A stretch of DNA of 64,000 nucleotides, from assembly GCA_965262745.1 (NCBI GenBank), contig OZ253558.1, positions 2,015,618 to 2,079,617 of the forward strand, written 5' to 3'. Under the pieces are notes generated by a model that had not been told where the DNA came from, made no database searches, and saw only the letters and a program-made list of their open reading frames with translations. The position numbers were made by a program, and so were the translations under genes. Below, one piece after another: positions 10,082 to 18,303 of this stretch (position 1 is its first letter; each line of letters begins with the position of its first letter). The stretch is from Chloroflexota bacterium (lineage in GTDB: Bacteria > Chloroflexota > UBA11872).

Positions 10082-10430
10082 CAGTCACCAGCAAGGGCCG
10101 GAAGCCATGGAAACCTCGATGTGGCAGTGGTGGGGCGCGCCGGACCGGATTACAGGGCCGGCGACCGGAAGTGCTGGTCTTGCGCCCGTGGGGAACGTCG
10201 TCCACAGTGTGTCGGCGATGAAGGCCATTTGAGCCCACGATGATAGCGGCGAGCCACGAACGTGACCGGTGAGGAGGCTCGAGCGCCGATGCCGAATAGA
10301 TCAGGTGGAGGCTTGGCCATTTTGCTTCTTGGTCTTCAGGCTGCGCGGCTGATCTCCGCCCAGTTGGGCGGCCGCAGCTATATCGATCCCGGCAGCGGGA
10401 GCTTTGCGATCCAGATCATCATTGCGGCTG
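7781..10430. repeat. Diverged segmental duplication, copy B (partner of 194..2800)
   Basis: See copy A. The gene, its 5' region and the start of the divergent small ORF are conserved. Confidence 0.6.
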
Positions 10431-10558
10431 TACTGGGCGGGCTGCTCTCGGCGCGGCTCTGGTTCCGGTACGTGTTGGGACGGATCATCGGGCTGGTGCG
10501 CCGGTCAACCCCCGCGGAGAATCCCTCGGCTGAGGAGGCCAACCGCGAGGACGGATGA
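10289..10558 (+). CDS. Small (≈89 aa) two-helix membrane protein, intact copy of the duplicated divergent small ORF, translationally coupled to the next gene
   Basis: Start chosen at the ATG conserved with copy A (MP.N...), with GAGGAGG 11 nt upstream. The ORF-track version starts at GTG 10262. Hydrophobic segments are GLAILLLGLQAARLI and AIQIIIAAVLGGLLSARLWF. The stop overlaps the next start (ATGA at 10555-10558). Confidence 0.5.
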   Translation: MPNRSGGGLAILLLGLQAARLISAQLGGRSYIDPGSGSFAIQIIIAAVLGGLLSARLWFRYVLGRIIGLVRRSTPAENPSAEEANREDG

Positions 10559-11946
10559 TCGCCGACCCTGACGCGCGCCTGCCGAGTTCGTTCCGCGACC
10601 CGGCGGGCTTCGTCTTCCAGCGCGACGGCACGATCTTCCGCCAAGTCAACCGGTCCTACGAGGCAACCTTTGCCACCCTGATGGATTCGGGGCTTTACGC
10701 CCGTCTCGTCGAGGACGGCCTCCTCATCCCTCACGAGACCGTCGAGTTGGGCCTCGCCCCCGCGCCCGATGCCGCGGCCGTCATCCGGCCCGCACAACTC
10801 AAGTTCGTTTCCTATCCCTTCGAGTGGTCGTTCGCGCAGCTCAAGGCCGCCGCCCTGGCAACCTTGCATGTGCAGCGGCGGGCGTTGGACTACGGCCTGT
10901 CGCTCAAGGACGCCAGCGCACGCAACATCCAACTGCATGAGGGACGTCCCAGGCTCATCGACACCTTGTCGTTCGAGCGTTACGAGCCGGGCTTTCCGTG
11001 GGTGGGCTATCGCCAGTTTTGCCAGCACTTCCTGGCGCCGCTGGCGGTCATGGCCTACACCGATGTCCGCTTGGGCACGCTACTGCAGAGCCATTTGGAC
11101 GGCGTCCCGCTCGACCTCGCGTCGCGGCTGCTCCCCTGGCGCTCGCGCCTCCGGCCCGGTCTGCTGATGCATCTGCACCTCCACAGCCGCGCTCAGGCGC
11201 GTGCCGCCACATCGACCCGGAAGCGTGCCGACCTGGCCGGCCGCATGAGCCGGCGACGACTTGACGCCTTGCTGGAGAGCCTTGAATCGGCGATAGGCCG
11301 GATTGCCTGGAACGCAGACCGCACGCCATGGGCCGGCTACGGCGACCAGACGAGCTATACGAGCAGTGCTCTGGCCGACAAGAAGCGATTGGTGGCCGAG
11401 CACCTATCCATGGTCTCGCCCGAATCCGTGTGGGACATCGGCGGCAACACGGGCGACTTCAGCCGGATCGCCGCGGCGGGCAGCATCCCGGTGGTCTCGA
11501 TCGACAGCGATCCGGGAGCGATCGATCTGAACTATCGCCGCATGGCGGCAGACGGCGAGCGAAACCTCTTCCCCATCGTGGCCGACGTCACCAGCCCCAG
11601 TCCCGCGCTGGGATGGGACAACGATGAGGTCGCCTCGCTCACGTCGCGGGGGCCGGCCGGGCTGGTGATGGCGCTGGCCCTGATCCATCATCTCGCGATT
11701 GGCAACAACACCGGATTCGACCGCCTGGCGCAGTTCTTTGCGGCGCGCGCACCAATGCTCCTCATCGAGTTCGTCCCGCCCGACGATCCAATGGTCGTGC
11801 GTCTGCTGGCGATGCGGAATCACGCGTTTCCCTGGTACACGCAGCGCGAATTCGAATCGGTGTTCAGCCAGTACTTCCACATCCAGCGGTCGGACGCGAT
11901 CACGGACTCGAACCGCCGGCTCTATCTGATGACGACGGGCAGCTAG
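10555..11946 (+). CDS. Two-domain protein with a C-terminal class-I SAM-dependent methyltransferase fold and an uncharacterised ~260-aa N-terminal domain
   Basis: 463-aa ORF. Motif I of a Rossmann MTase is VWDIGGNTGDFSRIAA, followed by an acidic loop (SIDSDPGAID) and motif-II-like FPIVADVTSP. The N-terminal half has no motif I recognise. Confidence 0.65.
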   Translation: MIADPDARLPSSFRDPAGFVFQRDGTIFRQVNRSYEATFATLMDSGLYARLVEDGLLIPHETVELGLAPAPDAAAVIRPAQLKFVSYPFEWSFAQLKAAALATLHVQRRALDYGLSLKDASARNIQLHEGRPRLIDTLSFERYEPGFPWVGYRQFCQHFLAPLAVMAYTDVRLGTLLQSHLDGVPLDLASRLLPWRSRLRPGLLMHLHLHSRAQARAATSTRKRADLAGRMSRRRLDALLESLESAIGRIAWNADRTPWAGYGDQTSYTSSALADKKRLVAEHLSMVSPESVWDIGGNTGDFSRIAAAGSIPVVSIDSDPGAIDLNYRRMAADGERNLFPIVADVTSPSPALGWDNDEVASLTSRGPAGLVMALALIHHLAIGNNTGFDRLAQFFAARAPMLLIEFVPPDDPMVVRLLAMRNHAFPWYTQREFESVFSQYFHIQRSDAITDSNRRLYLMTTGS

Positions 11947-11950
11947 ACCG

Positions 11951-13291
11951 GTGGCGCGACGATGTGGCGACTCACCGGCCCCCGCAACCCACCTCGGGAA
12001 CCACGAGCGCTGGGCGGTGGTGGCAATCATTGTGTTCGCGACACTCAGCGCGCTGTTGTGGGCGCTCATACGGATTCCGGACGGCGGCGGACCCGACGAG
12101 GCCAGCCACCTGGCCCTGATCGAACGCATTCGCGATGCGGGCGGAATCCCGCAATTCCAGGGGTTTGAGCCCAGTAAGTTCGTTGGGAAACCGGGGCGAG
12201 TCATCAACGCCTTTGAGCTGACGCCAAATATTTCGGCGCTGGCGCTGGCGGGTTTCGCCAGCGCAGCCCACCTAAGCGACCCGCTAGCGACGCTGCTGCT
12301 CGGCAGACTCTACGCCGTCAGCCTCTTTCCAGTGACGCTGCTGCTCGCCTACCTCACACTGCGCCTTCTGATTCCCACGCGGCCCGTGGAACGCGTGTGG
12401 GCGCTCACGGCCCTCGCTACCCTTCCCCAACTCATGCTGGTCCACAGCTACGTGACCAACGACACCCCAAGCATCGCGGCCGCGTCACTGGCGATCTTTC
12501 TGACCGTGCGCGGATGGACGAACGGGTTTCGACGGCGGGACGCAGCGCTGCTGGGCGTCGCGTTGGGTTTGGTTGGCCTGCACAAAGCGAACGGGCTGGT
12601 CATTGTCCCCATGGCGGGCGCCCTGATCGCCTGGCGGCTGCGGCACGACCTGCCCCAGTTAGCCCGAACTCTCGGCACTGTCGCCGTTCCGGCGCTGGCC
12701 GTGGCCGGTTGGTGGTATGTGCGCATGCTCGTCGTCTACGGCGACCCGATAGGTACGGGGACCACCAAGGCAGCGATCGAGGCCGTGGGAACGGCGGTTG
12801 CAACGCCCCATGACCAGGGACTGAGTCCGTGGGAATACGCCCATGTATCGGGATGGGTCGAGGGCGCGTTCCGGTCGTTTTGGGCCGGCTACGGCGTGCG
12901 CAAGATGACCATGCCAGACGCGGCCTACCTGGCCATGCTGGCGCTGCTGGTCGTCGGCGCGGGCGGGCTGGCCGCCAGCGCCTGGCGTACGCGCGGGCGC
13001 GCTGCAAATGATGGCGCGGTTTGGATAGCGTTCGGGCTGGTCGTCACAGGGCTGTGGGGCCTGAATCTCTGGACGAGCTGGACGCTCGACGGCGCCGCCA
13101 TGCATGGGCGATATACGTTTCCCGTGATTGTTCCCTTCGTGGCATTGCTCGCCGCCGGGCTCGGGCGCGCCCTTGCCGTTACGGGCCGTTCCCAATTCAT
13201 GTTGGCGCTGCTGGTCCCGCTCATGGTTGCGGGAAACCTGGCCTATTTCGTCCATGTCGTTATCCCGGACGTGGTGGCGCTTCGTGCTTGA
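11951..13291 (+). CDS. GT-C superfamily membrane glycosyltransferase (PMT/ArnT-like, GT39/83-type) with DE motif in first extracytoplasmic loop
   Basis: 446-aa polytopic ORF. DGGGPDEASHLALIERI lies right after TM1, which is the canonical position of the catalytic DE/DD motif of GT-C lipid-linked-sugar transferases. There are ≥10 further hydrophobic helices. Confidence 0.6.
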   Translation: MARRCGDSPAPATHLGNHERWAVVAIIVFATLSALLWALIRIPDGGGPDEASHLALIERIRDAGGIPQFQGFEPSKFVGKPGRVINAFELTPNISALALAGFASAAHLSDPLATLLLGRLYAVSLFPVTLLLAYLTLRLLIPTRPVERVWALTALATLPQLMLVHSYVTNDTPSIAAASLAIFLTVRGWTNGFRRRDAALLGVALGLVGLHKANGLVIVPMAGALIAWRLRHDLPQLARTLGTVAVPALAVAGWWYVRMLVVYGDPIGTGTTKAAIEAVGTAVATPHDQGLSPWEYAHVSGWVEGAFRSFWAGYGVRKMTMPDAAYLAMLALLVVGAGGLAASAWRTRGRAANDGAVWIAFGLVVTGLWGLNLWTSWTLDGAAMHGRYTFPVIVPFVALLAAGLGRALAVTGRSQFMLALLVPLMVAGNLAYFVHVVIPDVVALRA

Positions 13292-14126
13292 CCGCCTGAG
13301 GCAAGGGCGCGCTGCTCAGCTTGCAGGCGAGGTCTCCGTCATTCTGCTCGCGCTCAGCTGGATCATTTTTCTGCTAGTGCACCCCGTCCACATCCCCGTG
13401 CTATCACCGTCCCAGGAAGTTGAGCCCTACAACGCGCAATCCCTGACCGGCGTGCAGGGACAGACGTTTGTGGCACCGACCAGTAGGCTGAGCCGGATCG
13501 ACCTGGAACTCGACACGCGCATTCCGCCCGGCGAGTGGGTGCACGTGACATTTGAGCTCGCTCGCGGAGTACAGCCCCGTACGACGCTTGCCTCAGCGAT
13601 CGCGATCTTCGACCGTTCCCGCAAAGGCTGGCCCGTCCGCCTGTACCTCGATCCCGTCCTGACCGCGGCTGGCGACCGCCTTTATTTGCGTCTTGAGTCG
13701 GTCGTGAGCTCGCCCCGCGCGGAGGTGTTCTACCGCTACAGCCGCCAAGATTTTTACCCGCAGGGCGCCTATCTCGACCTGGATAAGTTGCGCCCGACCG
13801 ATCTGGACCTGCTCTTGACCGTCTATCGCGCTCCGCGCGTTCCCAAGCCGCTGGCGTGGATTGAAGCGTTCACCGCTCGCGCAGGTCATGCGGCCCAACT
13901 GGCCGCCCTGGCACCGGCGTGGGTGGTGACGCTGCTGAGCGTGCTCGCGCTCGCGTCCGTCCTCATCGCATTCACCGCTGGCGCCCACCTGCTGATTCGT
14001 GTCTCGACGTGGCGTTCAACAGCGCTTACGACCCCGGCGATCATTGCGCTGCTTTGCGCAGCCGCGCTTGCGCTGCTGGCTTGGGGCGAGATTCCAATCG
14101 GAAAGCTAGTTCTGGACCTCACCTGA
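13284..14126 (+). CDS. Membrane-anchored protein carrying the recurrent ~110-aa extracytoplasmic domain (N-terminal TM, domain, C-terminal TM pair)
   Basis: In-frame GTG at 13284 overlaps the upstream stop. The M-start at 13128 in the ORF track would overlap the GT-C by 160 nt. The domain segment QTFVAPTSRLSRIDLELD...VHVTFELARGVQPRTTLASAIAIFD...GDRLYLRLESVVSSPRAEVFYRY aligns with the LtaS-like N-terminal domain. Confidence 0.45.
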   Translation: MLDRLRQGRAAQLAGEVSVILLALSWIIFLLVHPVHIPVLSPSQEVEPYNAQSLTGVQGQTFVAPTSRLSRIDLELDTRIPPGEWVHVTFELARGVQPRTTLASAIAIFDRSRKGWPVRLYLDPVLTAAGDRLYLRLESVVSSPRAEVFYRYSRQDFYPQGAYLDLDKLRPTDLDLLLTVYRAPRVPKPLAWIEAFTARAGHAAQLAALAPAWVVTLLSVLALASVLIAFTAGAHLLIRVSTWRSTALTTPAIIALLCAAALALLAWGEIPIGKLVLDLT

Positions 14127-14148
14127 CCAGACGCGCCCGCTCCGATCC

Positions 14149-15318
14149 CTAGACCGGCGGGGAGAACGTGTAGCGGTAGACGGCGCCTTGCCAGAAGTGG
14201 TCCGCGACCTCGCCGATGCGGGTGAGGTAGATCTCGATATCCAGCGTCTCGCGGTCTTCGAGCACATTGAAGTTCGAGATCTGGAGTTCGGCAGGCTCGT
14301 TCGTGGCGCGGTCATCGACGAGGAGCAGGCTGTCCCGCCGAACGGCCAGGCGATCCTCGTCGATTTCGGCGATGTAGAGCGGATACCGAGGGCTGTTGCC
14401 GTCGGGAGGCTCCGGGGTGATGTTGGCCAGCCAGTACAGCGTGCCGTTGCGCGCCGAGCGGATGAACCGATGCAGGCTGGACGGGGAGTAAAAGCGTGAG
14501 CCGTCGTCGTAGCGAAGCTCTTGCAGGGGCGAGATGCAGCGGCCGCCGTCGTCGGAGACGCTGAACCACTTGCGCCCCGGAGTGGTAGCGGTATTGCTGC
14601 CGCGGACGATGGTGAGCAGGCGGCCATCGCGCAGCACGGCCACCTCCGGCTCGAGCACCCCGCGTGAGGAGCGCTCCGCACCGAGGTATTCGATGTTGGA
14701 TGCTTGCCAGACGCCCGCTGCGGGGTCGCGCCGCATGACGACCAGACCGCCGCTGGTGTGCGGGCTCTCGGGGGAACCGGCGTGCGCCACCAGCGGCAGA
14801 TATGCCGTGCCGTCCGGCGCGAAGGTGATCGACTGTCCGAGATAGGCGCGGTTGGTCGAGCAGAAGTCGGGATTGAAGGGGTTATCGGGATCGAAGTCCG
14901 GTCCCTGCTCGTACCTGAGCAGCGTTTCGGGTCCGTCGTCAACCGTGGCGAAGACGTGGTCGTTGTAGGGGTGCCGGTGCGAGCCCCAGTGGAAGGTATA
15001 AACCGGCATGCCGGGCCAGATGCGTCGCATCCGCATCTGGTAGCGGCGGGTGTGCGGGCGGTCGATAAAGATGCCGGCCGGGTAGCTGACGATGCCGCCG
15101 CCATCAAGCTGCTGCACGATGCCGGAGAGCTCTTGGCGCTCAGTCCAAGTGCGGCCGTTGTCGGGTGAGGTTCGCTCCTCGAATCCGTGGTACTCGTCGG
15201 AAGCGCCGCTGGTCTGAAAGCGTTCGAGGCGCGTGAGCCCGGCGTCGATGTAGCAGACCGACATCCACTGGGCGCGGTCCTCGCCTGCAGCGGGCAGGTA
15301 GCGTTCGCGGTGCAGCAT
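14149..15318 (-). CDS. BNR/Asp-box repeat protein, sialidase (GH33)-like beta-propeller
   Basis: 389-aa ORF with Asp-box motifs SPDNGRTWT and SVSDDGGRCIS and a beta-rich composition. The overlapping 14106..15488 ORF in another frame is R/P/S-rich and was rejected. Confidence 0.7.
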   Translation of the reverse strand: MLHRERYLPAAGEDRAQWMSVCYIDAGLTRLERFQTSGASDEYHGFEERTSPDNGRTWTERQELSGIVQQLDGGGIVSYPAGIFIDRPHTRRYQMRMRRIWPGMPVYTFHWGSHRHPYNDHVFATVDDGPETLLRYEQGPDFDPDNPFNPDFCSTNRAYLGQSITFAPDGTAYLPLVAHAGSPESPHTSGGLVVMRRDPAAGVWQASNIEYLGAERSSRGVLEPEVAVLRDGRLLTIVRGSNTATTPGRKWFSVSDDGGRCISPLQELRYDDGSRFYSPSSLHRFIRSARNGTLYWLANITPEPPDGNSPRYPLYIAEIDEDRLAVRRDSLLLVDDRATNEPAELQISNFNVLEDRETLDIEIYLTRIGEVADHFWQGAVYRYTFSPPV

Positions 15319-15360
15319 GGTTGACGTCCGCCGTGCGGCTTTGGAGAGCCTAGCGGGCGG

Positions 15361-15801
15361 CTAGGCCAGCTCGCCAGCGAGGCGGGTGAGGGCAGCCTTC
15401 CAATAGGCGCGCTTGGCCTCGACATCGGCGCGGTCCGCAAGTTTCGAGTGCTGCACCACGACCTGACTCTTCGATGGGCCTTTCCCATAGAAACTCACGT
15501 CGACGTGCGTCGCGCCATCGACCCAGGTGATGCGGAGCGACTTGTTGGGACGCGCAGTGCGGACGTGCGGCGCGTCGCCGCCGAGCCAGCGCCGGCGGAC
15601 CTCCTCCACCGTCCAGGCCTCATAGAGCGACTCGGTTGCGACAAGCAGCGTCTTGCTCACGCTCACTTGGTAACCGCGCGCGGTCTGGTGCTCCTCGCGC
15701 AGGCCGCGGATGCGCTCATAGCCGACGGTGACCTCCTGGCTCCACCACGCCGGGAGGTTGTGCTGCTCGTGCAGATAGACGGCGATGGCCTGATGGCCCA
15801 T
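15361..15801 (-). CDS. SRPBCC (Bet v1/AHSA1-like) family protein, N-terminus DUF4287-like
   Basis: 146-aa ORF with alternating beta-strand pattern (RITWVDGATHVDVSFYGKG...SQVVVQHSKL) typical of AHSA1/SRPBCC folds. Family assignment is from memory only. Confidence 0.45.
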   Translation of the reverse strand: MGHQAIAVYLHEQHNLPAWWSQEVTVGYERIRGLREEHQTARGYQVSVSKTLLVATESLYEAWTVEEVRRRWLGGDAPHVRTARPNKSLRITWVDGATHVDVSFYGKGPSKSQVVVQHSKLADRADVEAKRAYWKAALTRLAGELA

Positions 15802-16193
15802 GGTCAGGCCGCTCGCGGCGTCTAGGACCTCGCACCATTCGGCCCAGGTCTTGCCGGTCTTGGCGGCGACGGCCGCGTCGCTGACGGGAGGCTTGGCGAT
15901 GTCTTCCCCCGTAGTCGAGGAGCACTTGAGACGGCCGACCGTAGGTGCGTCCTGGCGTAGTCGTCAATGGCTGCCGCGGAGTGGGATTGCGACGCGGCGC
16001 GGGCGCCCACGAGGGGCGCCCCTACGCGGACCGGCAGCCCCGCGCGGCCGAGGTCGCACGTTCTAGATTCCTCACTGCGTTCGGCATGCCAGAGGGGGCG
16101 TTCGGAGTGAGGCGAAGAGGGGCGGATTGACGGCAGGGGCAAGTAGGTATCGAAGCGCGGCCTAGAATCGCCGCAGGTGACGCGCGAGGGAGG

Positions 16194-17156
16194 GTGGCGA
16201 TGGATTACCGGATGGCGGGGGCCACCGGAATCTCGGTGTCCGAGATCGGGATGGGCACGTGGGAATTCGGCGGCCGCGAGTGGGGCGACATTTCGGAAGA
16301 GATCTCCATCGACGTGATGCGCTATGGCTTCGAGCAGGGCATCACGTTTTTCGACACGGCGGACGCCTACGGCCCGGACGGACTGAGCGAGCGCCTGATC
16401 GGCCGCGCCTTCGCGGGACACAGCGAGAACATCGTGGTGGCGACCAAGGTGGGGTATCCGCTCGGTATGGACGGTTGGATTGCGGCAGGCGGCGAGCACC
16501 CGCCGCACGACCTCTCAAGGACACACATCCTCAGCGCCTGCGAAGACAGCCTGCGGCGCCTACAGCGCGAGCGCATCGAGTTCTACAACATGCATCGTCC
16601 ACCGCCGCCCGACGAGTGGGACGAGGCGTTCGGCGCGATGGAAACCTTGAAGCGCCAGGGCAAGATCGCGAACTACGGCGTGGCGCTGGGCGGTGTGGCG
16701 GAAGCCCTGCGAGCCGTGCGCGAGGCCGGGGCGACGGTGGTCATGCTGCCCTACAACTGTCTCGATCAGTCGCGGGCGGGCGATTTGCTGCCGGTCGCGC
16801 TCGAGTTGGGCGTCGCCGTACTGGCGCGGCAGGTGATGGCGCAAGGCTTGCTGGGCGGTCAGCTGACGGCCGAGACGGAGTTCGCCGCGAACGACTATCG
16901 GCGGACATGGGCGCGCGAGGACTATCTGGAAAACCTGCGGCGTGTTGAGCGTTTGCAGTTTCTCGTGCGCAACGACGCGGCGTCGCTGCCCCAAGCCGCG
17001 CTGCGCTTTGCACTGGCGCACCCGGCGATATCGACCGTGGTCACCGGCATGATGCGGCGCGAGGAAGTTGATCAGAACGTGAAGGCGTCGGGTGCGCCGC
17101 TGCCGGAAGCTGACGTGCAGCGGGTGCGCGAGCTGTACCAGGCGGGGTTTGCCTAG
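16194..17156 (+). CDS. Aldo/keto reductase
   Basis: 320-aa ORF with N-terminal RMAGATGISVSEIGMGTWEFGG, DTADAYG and NYGVALGG...PYN motifs of the AKR superfamily. GGAGGG RBS upstream. Confidence 0.85.
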   Translation: MAMDYRMAGATGISVSEIGMGTWEFGGREWGDISEEISIDVMRYGFEQGITFFDTADAYGPDGLSERLIGRAFAGHSENIVVATKVGYPLGMDGWIAAGGEHPPHDLSRTHILSACEDSLRRLQRERIEFYNMHRPPPPDEWDEAFGAMETLKRQGKIANYGVALGGVAEALRAVREAGATVVMLPYNCLDQSRAGDLLPVALELGVAVLARQVMAQGLLGGQLTAETEFAANDYRRTWAREDYLENLRRVERLQFLVRNDAASLPQAALRFALAHPAISTVVTGMMRREEVDQNVKASGAPLPEADVQRVRELYQAGFA

Positions 17157-17209
17157 GGGGACCCCCTCACACCAACCCTCTCCCACGGTGGGGAGAGGGG
17201 GTCGAGGCC

Positions 17210-18169
17210 CTAGATCTGGGACTGCATGATGCGGTCGACGAGGTCCATGGTCTTGACGGCGTCGGCGAACGAGGTGTCCGGTTGGCGACCGGCCTTGATA
17301 GCGTCGATGAAGTGCCGGTTCTCGGCGAAGAAGCCGAAGCGATGGATCGTATCGGACCCGCCGCCGACCTCCGCGGCATCGATCGATTCGCCCTCGTCGG
17401 CGCCGTCGCGATAGACCGTGGCGCGCCATTGATCGTCGGCGAAGGCCGAGACGCCTTGACCGTGCATCTCGAAGTAGTGGTCCCGCCGGCCGGAGCGCCG
17501 CGAGGCGGTGAGGATGGCCACGCAGCCGGTGCTGAAGGTGACGATGGCGTTGTGGTTGTTGACGAACGGCATGTCCACGGCGCGATTGTCTGCGGCGACG
17601 GCCACCACCTCGCCGCCGGCCATCCAGCGCAGTGCATCGACGGCGTGGATGATGTCGGACGTCAGGTGCGAGACGGCGCCGCGGCCGTAGCCGTAGTTGT
17701 CGGGCCCGGCCTCGAACTTGTGGAAGCCGGCGAGGCATTGGTGCAGCGGCCCCCGCTCGGTGATCGCCGCCCGGCAACGGCGCAGCATCTCGATGTACCG
17801 CCGGTTGAACCCCACCATGGTCAGGCGATCGTTGCGGCTCGCGTACCAGGCGAGCGCCTCTGTCTGATAGGTAGTGATGGCGGGTGGCTTTTCCACGAAG
17901 ACGTGCACGCCCAGCTCCAGTAGGTCCACCACGATGTTGTGCAAGTGCTGCGGCGGCATGATCACGTAGACCGCGTCGGGCTTTTCGCGTGCGACGAGCT
18001 CGCGATAGTCGCCATAGCGCCCGGCGACGCCGTACTTGTCGGCGGTCGTTTGCAACCGCTCGGCGTTCAATTCAGCGATGCCGACCAGGTCAACGTCGGG
18101 CATCGCCGCGAGCGACGGGTAGTGGGCGATGTTGGCCAGACCGCCGGCGCCCACCATTCCTATCCGCAC
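17210..18169 (-). CDS. Gfo/Idh/MocA family NAD(P)-dependent oxidoreductase
   Basis: 319-aa ORF with N-terminal MRIGMVGAGGLANIAHYPSL Rossmann motif and EKP motif (VFVEKPPA). Confidence 0.85.
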   Translation of the reverse strand: MRIGMVGAGGLANIAHYPSLAAMPDVDLVGIAELNAERLQTTADKYGVAGRYGDYRELVAREKPDAVYVIMPPQHLHNIVVDLLELGVHVFVEKPPAITTYQTEALAWYASRNDRLTMVGFNRRYIEMLRRCRAAITERGPLHQCLAGFHKFEAGPDNYGYGRGAVSHLTSDIIHAVDALRWMAGGEVVAVAADNRAVDMPFVNNHNAIVTFSTGCVAILTASRRSGRRDHYFEMHGQGVSAFADDQWRATVYRDGADEGESIDAAEVGGGSDTIHRFGFFAENRHFIDAIKAGRQPDTSFADAVKTMDLVDRIMQSQI

Positions 18170-18303
18170 CGTATCGATGAACTCGATCCTCGCAGGCGGC
18201 CAGGCAGCGGCAACGTATCACGGGACGAAGGCGCGGGCGAGACCATCTGCTAGAGTCGCTCGCCGCACCTCCAAGACGTTGGGGCACCCGCACAGGGGCG
18301 ACT

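Noticed and set aside
14106-15488. 460-aa ORF overlapping the BNR sialidase-like gene in another frame
   Set aside because: Translation is extremely R/P/S/T-rich with no hydrophobic core or motifs. This is a typical high-GC shadow ORF, and the 14149..15318 frame has Asp-box motifs.
15802-16193. 392-bp intergenic region between the SRPBCC and AKR genes with CTAGA-containing elements and a 61-aa ORF
   Set aside because: The apparent repeats (TCTAGATTC / CTAGAATCG) are neither direct nor inverted copies. The small ORF is Arg/Gly-rich. The region is treated as a plain divergent promoter.
16560-17777. 405-aa and other long ORFs antisense to the aldo/keto reductase and Gfo/Idh/MocA genes (also 15822..16508, 17282..17923)
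   Set aside because: Arg/Pro/Gly-dominated low-complexity translations. The sense-strand genes have clear family motifs.
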